Below are positions 37,152-47,700 of a stretch of 64,000 nucleotides of DNA, one piece after another. Source of the stretch: Ahrensia sp. (GTDB lineage: Bacteria > Pseudomonadota > Alphaproteobacteria > Rhizobiales > Rhizobiaceae); NCBI GenBank assembly GCA_002706335.1, contig PAKZ01000032.1, forward strand, positions 97,466-161,465, in the 5' to 3' direction. Both the position numbers and the translations under genes were made by a program. The notes below the pieces were generated by a model that was given only the letters and a program-made list of their open reading frames with translations, did not search any database and had not been told where the DNA came from. Every line of letters starts with the position of its first letter. Positions within the stretch are counted from its first letter, which is position 1.

Positions 37152-38138
37152 CTAGCCGAAGGCCAATCGGAAGGCGAACAGGCCGATTGGCACCATGATC
37201 AGACCCAGCGGGATGATGATAATCGCCAGGAAATCGGCGAACCGCCAGCGCACGACATAGAGCTTGCCGTCCGGCGACTGCATCGCGCGGACCGTCTCGC
37301 CCGGAAGGTAGCGGGATTCGCGCAACTTCTCCGCCTCGGGGATCGAGATCCAGCCCCAGGTGATGCCCTCGAGAGGAACGCCGCCATTGTCCACGCGGTC
37401 GGAGGAGGTCACCATCACATCCACATAGGCGGCGACCGTACCGTTGCCGACCTGATGACGCCGAACCGTGGACGATGCCACCGTCATGTCAGATCGCGGC
37501 CAGGCGATCGAATAGGGTGGCGGGTCGCCGAAGGTCCAGAAGAAATAGGCCAGCACCAGCGGGATGCCAGTGAAGGCGAGCCCGAACAAAAACGCGATCG
37601 GTCTGAACGAAAGCCCGGCATTCTTGCGCGCGGCTTCGCCGCCCTGGGCCTTCCAACGCTTCTCATGGAAGGGCCTGAACACAATAAACGCCAGGACGAC
37701 GAGAATAATCGTCAGCGCAACGGCGGGGATTATCATGAAGGGGCGCCTGAACGACGGATAGGCAACGTCCCCGCCCGGCGATACGCGGACAGAAACCGTC
37801 AGCCCCACCGGCCATTGAGCGATAGCGGCGTCCCTGTCGCCAACCGCGTCCTCGACGATCAGACGTATCGGCCTGCGCTGGTTGGCGCCGCCCATCACCT
37901 CGATGATCGGGTCGGTACGCTGGACGATACCCAGCCCGTCATAGACCTCGCGCGTTTCATGCGTCGCAACGATGGCGTCCGCTCTCTCCCAGAACATGGA
38001 GATTGCGGGCGGTTGGCCGATAAGCCAAACGGCCAGCCAAATGATCAGCGCGATGCCGCCAAAGAGCACTCTTCCTATCAGTTGCACGGTCCGGCCTCGG
38101 CGAAAACGGTCGGGCGGCTCAAGACGCGACACCCGCAA
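37152..38138 (-). CDS. Membrane protein with two tandem DUF3592-like modules (TM, beta domain, TM, twice)
   Basis: Internal duplication: WPVGLTVSVRVSPGGDVAYP and YLPGETVRAMQSPDGKLYVV, each flanked by TM helices. The annotated start is TTG. The true start may be an internal GTG (for example 38087). Confidence 0.5.
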   Translation of the reverse strand: MRVSRLEPPDRFRRGRTVQLIGRVLFGGIALIIWLAVWLIGQPPAISMFWERADAIVATHETREVYDGLGIVQRTDPIIEVMGGANQRRPIRLIVEDAVGDRDAAIAQWPVGLTVSVRVSPGGDVAYPSFRRPFMIIPAVALTIILVVLAFIVFRPFHEKRWKAQGGEAARKNAGLSFRPIAFLFGLAFTGIPLVLAYFFWTFGDPPPYSIAWPRSDMTVASSTVRRHQVGNGTVAAYVDVMVTSSDRVDNGGVPLEGITWGWISIPEAEKLRESRYLPGETVRAMQSPDGKLYVVRWRFADFLAIIIIPLGLIMVPIGLFAFRLAFG

Positions 38139-38403
38139 GAATTACGAAAGGAAAGAAGATCACCGCGCCGGCCAGCCCCGCCCCGTGCAGCATGACGCCT
38201 CTCCTGGCGGCGCGGCGTCGGGATTCGGGTTCGATCGCGTCGAGATACCGGTTCGACCAGAAGAAACCGGGACGTATGCCTTCCTTCCGGCAATAGGCCA
38301 CATAGGCCGGCCAGGGCCGGACGGCCATCATGAAGCCGATAATCCCGATGACGAAACTGACAACGAGACCGGCAATGCCGGCATAGGCGAGGATCCCCAC
38401 CAT
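38119..38403 (-). CDS. Small hypothetical membrane protein
   Basis: MVGILAYAGIAGLVVSFVIGIIGFMM... with 2-3 TM helices. GGAAG 8 nt upstream of the ATG at 38401-38403. Weak call. Confidence 0.35.
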   Translation of the reverse strand: MVGILAYAGIAGLVVSFVIGIIGFMMAVRPWPAYVAYCRKEGIRPGFFWSNRYLDAIEPESRRRAARRGVMLHGAGLAGAVIFFPFVILAGVAS

Positions 38404-38613
38404 CGGCGTCACTTCCGCCGCGCGGCGATGCCGCCAGGATATCGATATTCCAAGAAGGTCCCTCCGGGCATGGTCGCCGAAATCCGGATATCCATGATTT
38501 TGGCCATTGGAATCAAGAGCAAGCAAGACTTGTCAGTTTGCACGCCCCCTCATAGACATCAATTAATCGCAAATTACGGCCAAGCGGATCGCGGATTGAT
38601 GTTTGGAGGCCCA

Positions 38614-39015
38614 ATGAGACCTTTCCTTCTGGCAGCCCTGTCCGGGTTGCTCGCCATATCGAGCCACAATGCTTTCGCGGAATGCTATGTCTGCGACGAT
38701 CTCGTCGTCCTCGACAGACAGGCGGCGACCTGCTTCCTGGAGAAATTCGACTCCTTCGCCGCTGCGTCGTCGCAAGCAGACGGCAAGCGCATCGAATTCG
38801 ACACCACCAGCTGCGTCGATCCCGACGCGGAAAAGCCGCGCGGCGGCCTGTCGCTGATGCCCACGATCGGCGGCATGGCGAACGCGGCTCCGAAAGCCAA
38901 GGCGCGATACACGCTGGATGATCAGACGGCCACCTGCCTGAAGGGGCTTCTCGAAACCTATGACGGCCCGTTCGATCCCGACGCGCAATTCGATCTCTCC
39001 AAGAACTGTCCGTAA
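38614..39015 (+). CDS. Small secreted Cys-containing protein with internal repeat
   Basis: GGAGG ribosome-binding site, signal peptide MRPFLLAALSGLLAISSHNAFA/E. Repeats: LDRQAATCFLEKFDSF...FDTTSC and LDDQTATCLKGLLETY...FDLSKNC. Confidence 0.6.
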   Translation: MRPFLLAALSGLLAISSHNAFAECYVCDDLVVLDRQAATCFLEKFDSFAAASSQADGKRIEFDTTSCVDPDAEKPRGGLSLMPTIGGMANAAPKAKARYTLDDQTATCLKGLLETYDGPFDPDAQFDLSKNCP

Positions 39016-39605
39016 TGAGCGACGAGACCGAAAACACGTCCGGCGATCAGGCCAAGGGCGAACGGGAGCACCGCTTTCTCTTCATCGACGTCTGGTGGTG
39101 GGACGCGCTCGGCGGGTTCTTCTCTGTGCTCGGCGTCCTCGCCGCACTTTTCGGCATCTATGAATACAAGCAGCGCGTCGAGGCGTCGAAAGCCAGCGAA
39201 ACACTGGCCCTGATCGATGTCTGGGAGACCCGTGGGGCTCGTGAGGCCTATGAAAAGCTGTCGAACGAGATCGCATCCGGCTTCGCGCAGGTGCCAGCCG
39301 CCGACATGACCGCCGCGGCAGACGATCCGGCGCTCGCCCGCGTGGTCAGCAACAAGGTCGCGGCAATCGTCCTTCGCAAGAAGGAAAACGCCGACGCCTT
39401 CGGAGAAGTGGTCTATTTCTTCAATCGCTTGGGCCTCTGCGTCGAAGCGAGCCTCTGTTCGCAGAAAGCGGCAGAGATCTTCTTCCAGGACACGCTCGAC
39501 ACCTTCATCGACGTCTTCGGCGATCAGATCAGCCGGATCCGCGAAAACCGCCCGCGATATGCCGAAGCCATGCTCCAACTGCATGAGGAAACGACGCGTG
39601 ACTAG
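39015..39605 (+). CDS. Hypothetical membrane-anchored protein
   Basis: The start overlaps the upstream stop (TAATG). One TM helix (ALGGFFSVLGVLAALFGIY) followed by a 140-aa helical domain. Confidence 0.55.
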   Translation: MSDETENTSGDQAKGEREHRFLFIDVWWWDALGGFFSVLGVLAALFGIYEYKQRVEASKASETLALIDVWETRGAREAYEKLSNEIASGFAQVPAADMTAAADDPALARVVSNKVAAIVLRKKENADAFGEVVYFFNRLGLCVEASLCSQKAAEIFFQDTLDTFIDVFGDQISRIRENRPRYAEAMLQLHEETTRD

Positions 39606-39617
39606 GGTCCCGTGCGA

Positions 39618-42600
39618 TCACTGCAGGGTGAACTGGCTATATTGCGGCTCGCTGCGCACGGATGGCATCTGACGGCCCCCGGAGAGTTCCAGCACATTGG
39701 CGCTGACATATCGGAACAGCTCGCTGAGCTCCACCGCATCGTCGCCATTGCTGTCCGCCTTCCTTGATCGCAACCCGTCGAGAAGCACATGGGTGAAGAG
39801 ACCGTTGGCGACATCGGGAGTTTCGAAGGCGAACTGGAAGCCGCCGGAGGCGGAGATGATATTCGCTCCGGAGCGCGATTTCGTGTCGAGGAAATTCGCC
39901 CTCAGGACCTCGTAACTGTCCTCCAGCGAAACCGTGTTCTTCCTGCGAGCCAACGGTACCGCGCCACGCGCATCGCGCGCGACCACCGCCCCGGTCGTGA
40001 AGGCGACCCGCTTGTCGGTCTTCAGGCTGGGGTCGATGACGCCGGAATGGCAGGCGTCGATCAGCATGACGCGGTGAAGCGAGTTCGTATCGTCGAAAAT
40101 CGATTCGAGCCTTCGAAACGGGATCGCACTGTTCGCGAGGTCGTCCAGATCCGTTTCGTGACTTCCCAGATAGTAGCCGTAGTCGTCGTCGAGCAGGCCA
40201 TGGCCGGCGAAGAAGAAGAGCGTCTTGTCCTGCGGCCGGGCCTGCGCGAAAAACCGCCGCGCCTCGTCGACCAGATCGGCGGTCGACTCGCCATCGGTGG
40301 CGACATGCACGACCGCATCGGCGGTGCCGCCGAAATAGGCGCCGATATCGCGCGCATCCTTGGCCGCATAGGTCAGATCGAGCGCATCGTCGCTGTAATC
40401 CGAGACGCCGACGGCAAACACATAGAGTTTGGGCGGAGCGATGCCCTCCGGCGGCGCGCGGCGAATGGTCGTCCTGAACAGTGTCCGCTGCACGCCCCGC
40501 GGATCGGTTTCGGTGAACCGGATCCGGTTCAATCCCGGCTCCAGCGGAACATGCAGGGCTTGCCCGTCCGATGCTGCGGAAATGCCGAGCCTTTCCAGAA
40601 CGATCCCGTTATTGCGCAATTCCACCGTCCGCAGGCCCGCCTGCCCGTCGGAAGACAAGGTGAATTCCGCGCTGTCCGATCCGGTGATCGCATCGGTCTC
40701 CTGCACGACCGTCAACTCCGCCGCCGCGGAGAGCGTCATGGGCGACGGCCTGCCGCTGCCGGTTTCGAGAAGCCTCTTTTCGTGCAGCCGGGCCAGCAGG
40801 AGTTCGCGGTCGGGCGTGATCAGCCCTGCCCGCGACAGGGCAATATCGGGCCGGTTGCGAAAAATATCGGCCTCGAAGAGATCGACGCTGCCGCCCCACG
40901 TATCGATGAAGCTCAGCCGCCGGAGCCGGTTCTTGTCGCCCGCATAATAGCCGTCCGAGGTCAGGACCACACTGCCCTCGAAATTCTTCGAGCGTGCGCC
41001 GTAGAGAGGGTCGAAGATCGCGGCGACCATCTGGTCGTTGGCCGGCATGCCAAAGGCGATGTCGTATAACCGGTCGCCATAGACCGGCGTGGCATAGTCT
41101 AGGTCGATGTCGGCGGTTTCCCATATCCGGATCACGCCCTCACGCCCGCGCGTGACGAGACCGCTCCCGTTCCAGGACAACGACCCGACCGCGGCGTCAT
41201 GCGCCTGCAAGGTCTGGCGGACGGCCCCGGATTGCAGATCCTCCAGGACCACGCTGCCGCTATCCGTTCCGATCCCCAGCATCCGGCCCGAGGCATCGAA
41301 TTCCATCGCTGTGACATTCCCCTGCCAGCCGGGGAAAATCTCGGCGGTGCGCTTGCCATCTGCGAGGTCCACGATGAAGACCAGCGAGACATTCTCCGAC
41401 CACCGTCCATTGTCCGGCGCCCGCATGTTCGCCACCGCGGCGTAACGCCCGTCCGGGCTGATGGCGAGCGGCGTATCGCTGGTGAAGTTCCAGCGGTCGG
41501 GCGCATGCAGCGGAAAGCTCCTTTCCAACGTCACCGCATCACCATCGATACGACCGATCGCGAGGCTGACGGTCTGGAGAGACCCTTCCGGATCGGTATT
41601 CCGGATGAAGATCGGGCGGCCTTGCCACGGCCCTCGCCCGGCTTTCACATCGGTGATTTCCGCCGGAACGATATCCGCCGAAAGCTTGCGGAGCGCGACG
41701 CCTTCGCCATCCAGAACCACGAGTCCGTCGCTTGCGAGAAGAAACACCTGTCCATCGTCCACGGCGAGCGCACGCGACAGCGGCAGTGAAGGTGCTTCGA
41801 AATCGCCGAGATGCCGCCACCCGCGCCCTGTCATCCGCGCCAGATGTGTCCGGTCGCCGTCCGACCCGCTGACCGTGTAGGCCAGAAGGATGTCCCGTCC
41901 CTGCCACCGGATATCGGCATCGATCAGACGAGCATCGGCGGCGTTCACGCCCGCAAGCGCGAGAAGGTCCTGATATTCGGTCCTGTTCGTCTCGGGCTGT
42001 TCGGCGATCAATATCCCGTTGGCGGTGACGGACCAGAGACGCTTGTCGGCAACCGCCCGCGCCAGGATGGCGGAGACATCCTCATAGCCCGTCTCCGCAA
42101 CCAGATCGCCGAGAACGGAACGCGTCTTGAGATCGACCATGAAGACGGAGTCGCCGCCCGCAAGGACGAATGCCAGCGCGGCATCGTCCGCCACGATCAG
42201 CTTTTTCGCACCGTCGATCGCGCGATCGAACGCTTCGACTTGCGGATCGCCCGCTCCCAGCCCGTAAACGCCCGCATCGGTGACCAGACTTGCACTGTCT
42301 TTGGAAAATGCGAAGGCCGTCCCTTCGACCGTGCGCCGCAGGCCCGATTCCAGGGTCTCGATAGTGATCCGCCCGCTCGGACGGCAGTCCGGGGTGGCAT
42401 CCGGCTCAGCCCATGCCAGCATAGCGCCGTCGGGGGAGAGACGCAGGCTTTGCGAGCTCACCTCTAGGCACTGCGTTGAGCCGAGTTTCTTTTCGACCAA
42501 CCGGTCCCCGAGCGAAATCCGGCCGTCCTTGCAGTATGCCGACAGGAAGTCCGTTGTGCCGCACCGATCCGGGAAATCCAGCGCATCGACCCTAAGGACA

Positions 42601-44081
42601 CCGGCCCGATCGAGGCTGGCGATACGTTTCGTCGCCTCCGACGCGGAGATGGCGATGATCGACTCTGGTGAAATGTCGGATAGCCCCATCTCTTCGTCAT
42701 AGCCCACATTCACGAATCCGATTTGTCCGAGATTGGTCCCGACCGCCGCGTAGACCCCGAGAACATCCATCGCCGTGAAATTCTGTTCGCTCGAAAACCT
42801 CAGAAAATGGCCGAACCCTTCGAAGCCATCCTTCTGGATGATGAAGCCCTTGATCGAGAGATCGTCATCGGCCTGTAGCAGCGCCGAGGAACTGGAGGAA
42901 CCGAAGATGCGGCCGCCGAAGTCCGAATGAATGACCTTCGTCACCTTCTGGCTTCTGACATTCCAGATCCCGAGCGTCTGCCGGCTCTTGCCAGCCCCGC
43001 CCGGCGCCGGCTGCTCCAGGAGGATCAAAGACCCGCTCGATGGGACGAAAGCGATATCGGTGACCCGGTCGCCGCCGGGCGCCATGAATGACGGGTTGAC
43101 CACCTCGAATGTCGAGCGATCGACAGGCACCGACGCATGACGATACTGCGTGTCGAATTGCCAGGCGACATGCAGCAACGAAGTGCTTCCATCGGCCCGC
43201 TGCATGGGAGACGGCTTGTCGGAGGAAATTTCGCGGCTGACACGCACGGCGAGCCCGGTTTCGACATCGACATCGGCGGTCCATCGCACGGAGAGCGGCA
43301 CGCTGCCCTGAGCGCCGGCCTCGATGGAGAACCGCGCAATTTCCCGCCCCCAGCGCGTGCCGACATCCTTCAGGGTGATCGTTCGCCAGGTCGTGTTGTC
43401 GCCAAGGACATCGTTGAAGGATGGTCCCGGATCGACCGCCTCCCCGACAATGAAGATCTTGCCGTCAAGATAGCGCCCGAACCGCGCATAGAACGGCGCC
43501 CCGTCCAGAAACACCAACGCCTTTGCGGCCTCGTCCTCCGGAAGACCGGTTTCGACAAACGTCCCCTCCGCGTCCTTCTCGAAATAACGAAGCGATCGTT
43601 CGCCCGTGTCCCCGTCTTCGATCCTGTATCGGCCGGTCCTTACCGGATAGAACGGGTCCATCGTCTCGCTTTCAGGGCTCGATCCCCGCGAAACGCTTTG
43701 CCGGTTGACGTCGATGTCCGTAACGAGCGCGCCGGCTTCGCTTCTCTGAACAGAACCGTATCGCGCGACCGCGGTCGTCACATCGGGAGCGGCGGAGAAA
43801 TCGGCTTCGGTCTTCGCGTTGATGAAGCGCCGAACGGCCCGGAGATAGATCACGACCTCATCGTTTTCGGCGTCACCGACATAGCGGAAGCTAACGGACG
43901 ATCCGCTACTCCCGTCAGCGGACGCAGCCGGCACATCGGCCGCGAAGACGCAAAGCGCCACGACCGCGACGGCAATCGACTTTGCCGTCAGGCTACGAAA
44001 GACGTCCGCAAGGGAAAGGATCGGGGAGAATACCTGCATCGCTTGCCGGAACTCAGCATCCTCCGAAAGCATAGGTGGCAT
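39618..44081 (-). CDS. Exported WD40/beta-propeller repeat protein with C-terminal caspase-like (C14) protease domain
   Basis: Leader ...SIAVAVVALCVFAADVPAASA/D. WD40-type repeats (for example VTAMEFDASGRMLGIGTDSGSVVLEDL..., HDAAVGSLSWNGSGLVTRGREGVIRIWE). Caspase dyad LFFFAGHG and VMLIDACHSG. The start is ambiguous (44081, 44072 or 44039). Confidence 0.85.
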   Translation of the reverse strand: MPPMLSEDAEFRQAMQVFSPILSLADVFRSLTAKSIAVAVVALCVFAADVPAASADGSSGSSVSFRYVGDAENDEVVIYLRAVRRFINAKTEADFSAAPDVTTAVARYGSVQRSEAGALVTDIDVNRQSVSRGSSPESETMDPFYPVRTGRYRIEDGDTGERSLRYFEKDAEGTFVETGLPEDEAAKALVFLDGAPFYARFGRYLDGKIFIVGEAVDPGPSFNDVLGDNTTWRTITLKDVGTRWGREIARFSIEAGAQGSVPLSVRWTADVDVETGLAVRVSREISSDKPSPMQRADGSTSLLHVAWQFDTQYRHASVPVDRSTFEVVNPSFMAPGGDRVTDIAFVPSSGSLILLEQPAPGGAGKSRQTLGIWNVRSQKVTKVIHSDFGGRIFGSSSSSALLQADDDLSIKGFIIQKDGFEGFGHFLRFSSEQNFTAMDVLGVYAAVGTNLGQIGFVNVGYDEEMGLSDISPESIIAISASEATKRIASLDRAGVLRVDALDFPDRCGTTDFLSAYCKDGRISLGDRLVEKKLGSTQCLEVSSQSLRLSPDGAMLAWAEPDATPDCRPSGRITIETLESGLRRTVEGTAFAFSKDSASLVTDAGVYGLGAGDPQVEAFDRAIDGAKKLIVADDAALAFVLAGGDSVFMVDLKTRSVLGDLVAETGYEDVSAILARAVADKRLWSVTANGILIAEQPETNRTEYQDLLALAGVNAADARLIDADIRWQGRDILLAYTVSGSDGDRTHLARMTGRGWRHLGDFEAPSLPLSRALAVDDGQVFLLASDGLVVLDGEGVALRKLSADIVPAEITDVKAGRGPWQGRPIFIRNTDPEGSLQTVSLAIGRIDGDAVTLERSFPLHAPDRWNFTSDTPLAISPDGRYAAVANMRAPDNGRWSENVSLVFIVDLADGKRTAEIFPGWQGNVTAMEFDASGRMLGIGTDSGSVVLEDLQSGAVRQTLQAHDAAVGSLSWNGSGLVTRGREGVIRIWETADIDLDYATPVYGDRLYDIAFGMPANDQMVAAIFDPLYGARSKNFEGSVVLTSDGYYAGDKNRLRRLSFIDTWGGSVDLFEADIFRNRPDIALSRAGLITPDRELLLARLHEKRLLETGSGRPSPMTLSAAAELTVVQETDAITGSDSAEFTLSSDGQAGLRTVELRNNGIVLERLGISAASDGQALHVPLEPGLNRIRFTETDPRGVQRTLFRTTIRRAPPEGIAPPKLYVFAVGVSDYSDDALDLTYAAKDARDIGAYFGGTADAVVHVATDGESTADLVDEARRFFAQARPQDKTLFFFAGHGLLDDDYGYYLGSHETDLDDLANSAIPFRRLESIFDDTNSLHRVMLIDACHSGVIDPSLKTDKRVAFTTGAVVARDARGAVPLARRKNTVSLEDSYEVLRANFLDTKSRSGANIISASGGFQFAFETPDVANGLFTHVLLDGLRSRKADSNGDDAVELSELFRYVSANVLELSGGRQMPSVRSEPQYSQFTLQ

Positions 44082-44736
44082 GAACGCCGATGAGCGCCAA
44101 CAGGTCGCGATCCGTCTTGCCTGTCGGTTCGACGCCGATTTCGCTCTGGAACAGCTTCACGGCTTCCGCTGTTTCCGCCGTGTAGTACCAGTCCGGCGCA
44201 TCGGCGAAATAGCCGCCCACCAGCAGATACTTCTCCAGCCGTTTGACGGCGGGATAGAGATCGCCGGGTTCCATCAGAAGCGGTTGGGCAAGCTTGTCGG
44301 AGGCTTGGCATACCGCATCAGGCGCCGGTTTCAGGAAGAAGCTGCCGTCGATCACGGCGCCATCCGCTTCCATGGCACCAAGTGCGGTAACGACGCTTTC
44401 CATGCGGACCGATTCCACGCGCCGGTTCGAAAACTCGGCGAGCAATCCATCGCGCACCCGCATCAGCGTGATGCGCCCGCCGTCGCATTCGAGCGAACAC
44501 GTGACCGACCCGTTTTCGGGAAATTCGCAGGAGTCTGTGTAGGGCGCGTAAGGATTGACGGTCTTCGCATAGGTGATCGACCCGCTTCGGTCGATGGTCA
44601 TTATGCCGACGCCGGAATCGGGCGTTGCTTTCTCCAGCGTGTAGCAGCTGGCCGGTTCCGCTCCGAACGCGGGGCCGCTCACAAGCGCAACCGAAATGGT
44701 GGCCGTGGCAAGCCCCGAGGCGATACGAGACATCAT
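44053..44736 (-). CDS. Secreted protein with C-terminal peptidoglycan-binding-like domain
   Basis: Signal peptide ...VALVSGPAFG/A. The C-terminal VKRLEKYLLVGGYF...TAETAEAVKLFQSEIGVEPTGKTDRDLLALI fits the PG_binding_1 helix pattern. The ATG overlaps the upstream CHAT gene stop. Confidence 0.65.
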   Translation of the reverse strand: MMSRIASGLATATISVALVSGPAFGAEPASCYTLEKATPDSGVGIMTIDRSGSITYAKTVNPYAPYTDSCEFPENGSVTCSLECDGGRITLMRVRDGLLAEFSNRRVESVRMESVVTALGAMEADGAVIDGSFFLKPAPDAVCQASDKLAQPLLMEPGDLYPAVKRLEKYLLVGGYFADAPDWYYTAETAEAVKLFQSEIGVEPTGKTDRDLLALIGVHATYAFGGC

Positions 44737-47700
44737 GATGTGCCCTCCAGTACGACAATCGGTGCCCAGTAATAGGGATGTCTCTCGTCCGGTACGGTCA
44801 TGCCGGCGCCCTTCTGTTTGGATTTGGCGGAACGGAAGTCGGTGCTCGCCCCCTTGTGCTCGCCGCGCAGGAACTGCCGCTGCACCTGTGCGAGCGCGCT
44901 GGCGACGGACAGGCCCTTGTCGATCTGATGCTTGTAGAACTCCTGCATGAAGACTGCCGTCGAACGGTCGTTGATCGGCCAGAGCGTGGCGACGATTTCA
45001 AGCGCGCCTTTCTGCTGCGCGACGGCGGCAAAGCTCTCCAGTTCGCGGCCGTCAGCCTCCCGCCGGCCATACGCGGTCTCGCAGGCCGACAGGGTCAGCA
45101 CACCGACCTCGGCGAAATCGAGATCCATCCCGAAACTGTCCTTGATGTCGGCGACGGTCAGCCGGTCACCATCGCCAAGCAGCAGGTAGGAATCGTCCTC
45201 CGAACTGCCGAGGATGAAATGCGAGGCGAGATGAACGATGCCAAGCGTCGGCTCGTCCGGCTCCCCGAATATCAAAGCGCTCGCCATCGTATCGCGGGTG
45301 AAATCCGCGTCGGCATGGATCGTGCCGTCGACCACCCCCTGCGCGTCCTCGCCGCCCTCGCGCACAATCGCGGAGAGTTCGTCGGCAACGCCGGGAAGCG
45401 GCGATAGACCGTACCAGGAATTGGTCGTTCCGAACCCCGCGATACGGTCAGGCGATGCCCCGCCCCCTCCGACCGACCGCGTTTCGGTCGCATGCGTCAG
45501 GTCGAAATCCTCGACCAGATAGTGCTCGCCATCATGGAGCGCGGCGAAGGGCACGTAACGCAGCCGGCGATCCAGCGACAAGATCAGCGTTTGCGTACCG
45601 GCATCCTCCAGTTCGCGCATCAACTCCCCTGGGAGAACCAGATCGTGCAAGGCCTTGGAGGCGGGCTTCGGATCGGTGCCCGGATTCTGCAGCGCCTTTC
45701 GCAAGGATTCGATTCCGGCGTTCAGCCGCTCTTCCGTGAACGGCGCGCCCTCCCATTCGGTCCAGCTGAACACCCTTTCGGAGACCGCGGTCGTAAGGAT
45801 TGCGCCGACCCGGTCCGGCAGGACGACATACTGGATCGCCGCCGCCTTTCCGTCAAAGGCGCGGCGCAAATGCGCCCGTACCGAGCTGACATTGCGCGCC
45901 AGATCCTCGACGACAGTGCTGTGCACGGCGTCAGAGGCCGCGATCAGCCCTTCCAGTTCCTTTTCCATCTCTTCGCGCGAAGCGACGAGCGTGTCAGTCA
46001 AGGAGGCAAGTTCGGTCTCTTCCGCGCCGGTCAACTCGCCGCTCTTGCGTTGCAACAGCAATTCGCGCCGCCGGATTTTCAAGGCTGTCACGGTCGGACG
46101 AACCGCATCGATCTTGGCGGACAGCGCCTCTTCTGCGGGGTTCATCTCCAGCGTGGCAAAGGCATCGCCCGCGAAATCCGTGTCGCGACCGAGAAATTCG
46201 AAGGTCTCGAAGGATTTGAGCATGCCGAGAACGGTCGACGCCTCGGCCGGCCGGTCCTGGCTGATGAAGAGATCGGCCAGCCAGCGATAGTGATCGGAGA
46301 TCGTGTCGCGGAAACACATTTGCAGATGTTCCGGCAGCCCGGAAATGCGCCGACGCACATCCTGCAGTTCATTGACGGCGCGCTTCGCCAGCGTCAGCGC
46401 CATCGCCGCCTCGTCGAGCGCGTAAAGGCGCTCGCTCGCCTTGGAAAGCGTACAGACCCGCCCGAGCGATGCCTCGATATTGCCGTTCCAGACAGCGGTC
46501 ATGGCGTGGCGCGCCATGTCGGCGGTCAGCGCGACCAGTTCCAGCTCGACGGCGCGCAGTCTGTTGCCGGCGTCCGCTTCCAGCTTCGCCAGTTGCCGGG
46601 CGGACAGCGCCAACCCCATACTGTTGCCCGAGAGACCTTCGGCCAAGGCAAAGCGTTCGCGAGCTGCACCGATGTCGACCGAGACATCCGGTCTCGGCTC
46701 GTCAGCGGTCGACGCCAGTTCGAGCAGGGCGCGTGCCGCCTCGTCTCCCCGTTGGGCGAGCATCTGAAGAACACGTTCGAGCGGATCCCACGCCTCATCA
46801 GGTCCGCCCTCTAGGTGGCGGGCAAGTGCACGGCGGAACGCGGCTCCACGCGACGCGCCGACCTCGCCATCTGCGGGAAGGGCACGCACCAGGCGTAGCG
46901 ACTCCAGCGCCCCGGCATAGTCGCCGTAATAGGAGAGGACATCCACCCAGCCGGCGATGGCATAGGCGGGACGCGTCCTAGTCGACTCGTTATAGGGGGG
47001 CAGCCGCCCCTGTTCGCGCAGTTCGGCCTCCTCGGACGCTGCCGCCTGCGCCAACCATTCATATGCATAGGCGACGATATCCGGTTCGCCCCCCCCAAGA
47101 GCCGCAACCCGATGGAACTCGACGCAATCGGCGAAGCCCTGTACGGCAGGCTGGCAGATTTCGTCCGCCGCCGCCTTGAATGCCTCGGTTCCCGGCGCGT
47201 AGCGATAAAGGCCCAGCAGCGTGCCCTTCGTCAGTCGGGCAAGCTCGTTTTCGTCCGCCTGCAATTCCGGCTGCGCCAGCAGGATACGTGTCAGCTTGCC
47301 ATTCGCGTCCTCGTCATCCGCAAGGCGATACCACGCCGCGGCCTTACCGAGATCGACGGTCGGTCCGCCATCAAGCCCCGCAAAGGCGTCGCCGAGAGTA
47401 ATCGCGAACTCGACATAGGCCGCCCGCGTGGTCCAGTCCTGCTCCTCGCCGGCGGACGCCCCGATGATCTTGCCGGCATCGTCGAGCAGAGCGCGCCCCG
47501 GCCCTTCGGAAAAGAACTCGCTGCCATTCAGCAGGCGCCCCTGGAACACGCCTGCCGCGCCGTTGGTCAGACGGCCGATTTCACCGTCGAGGCGGAGACC
47601 AGCCCGGTAATAGGCAAGCGCCTTGTCCCAGTCGCGCGGCACATGCTTGCCGGTCTCGTGGAACCGTGCCAGCGCGAGACTTGCGGCCGTCTGCCCCAGC

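Noticed and set aside
37972-38613. N-terminal 214 codons of the 347-aa track ORF 37972-39015
   Set aside because: This part is antisense to the minus-strand membrane-protein genes. Only the last 133 codons have a ribosome-binding site, an ATG and a signal peptide, so the gene was called as 38614-39015.
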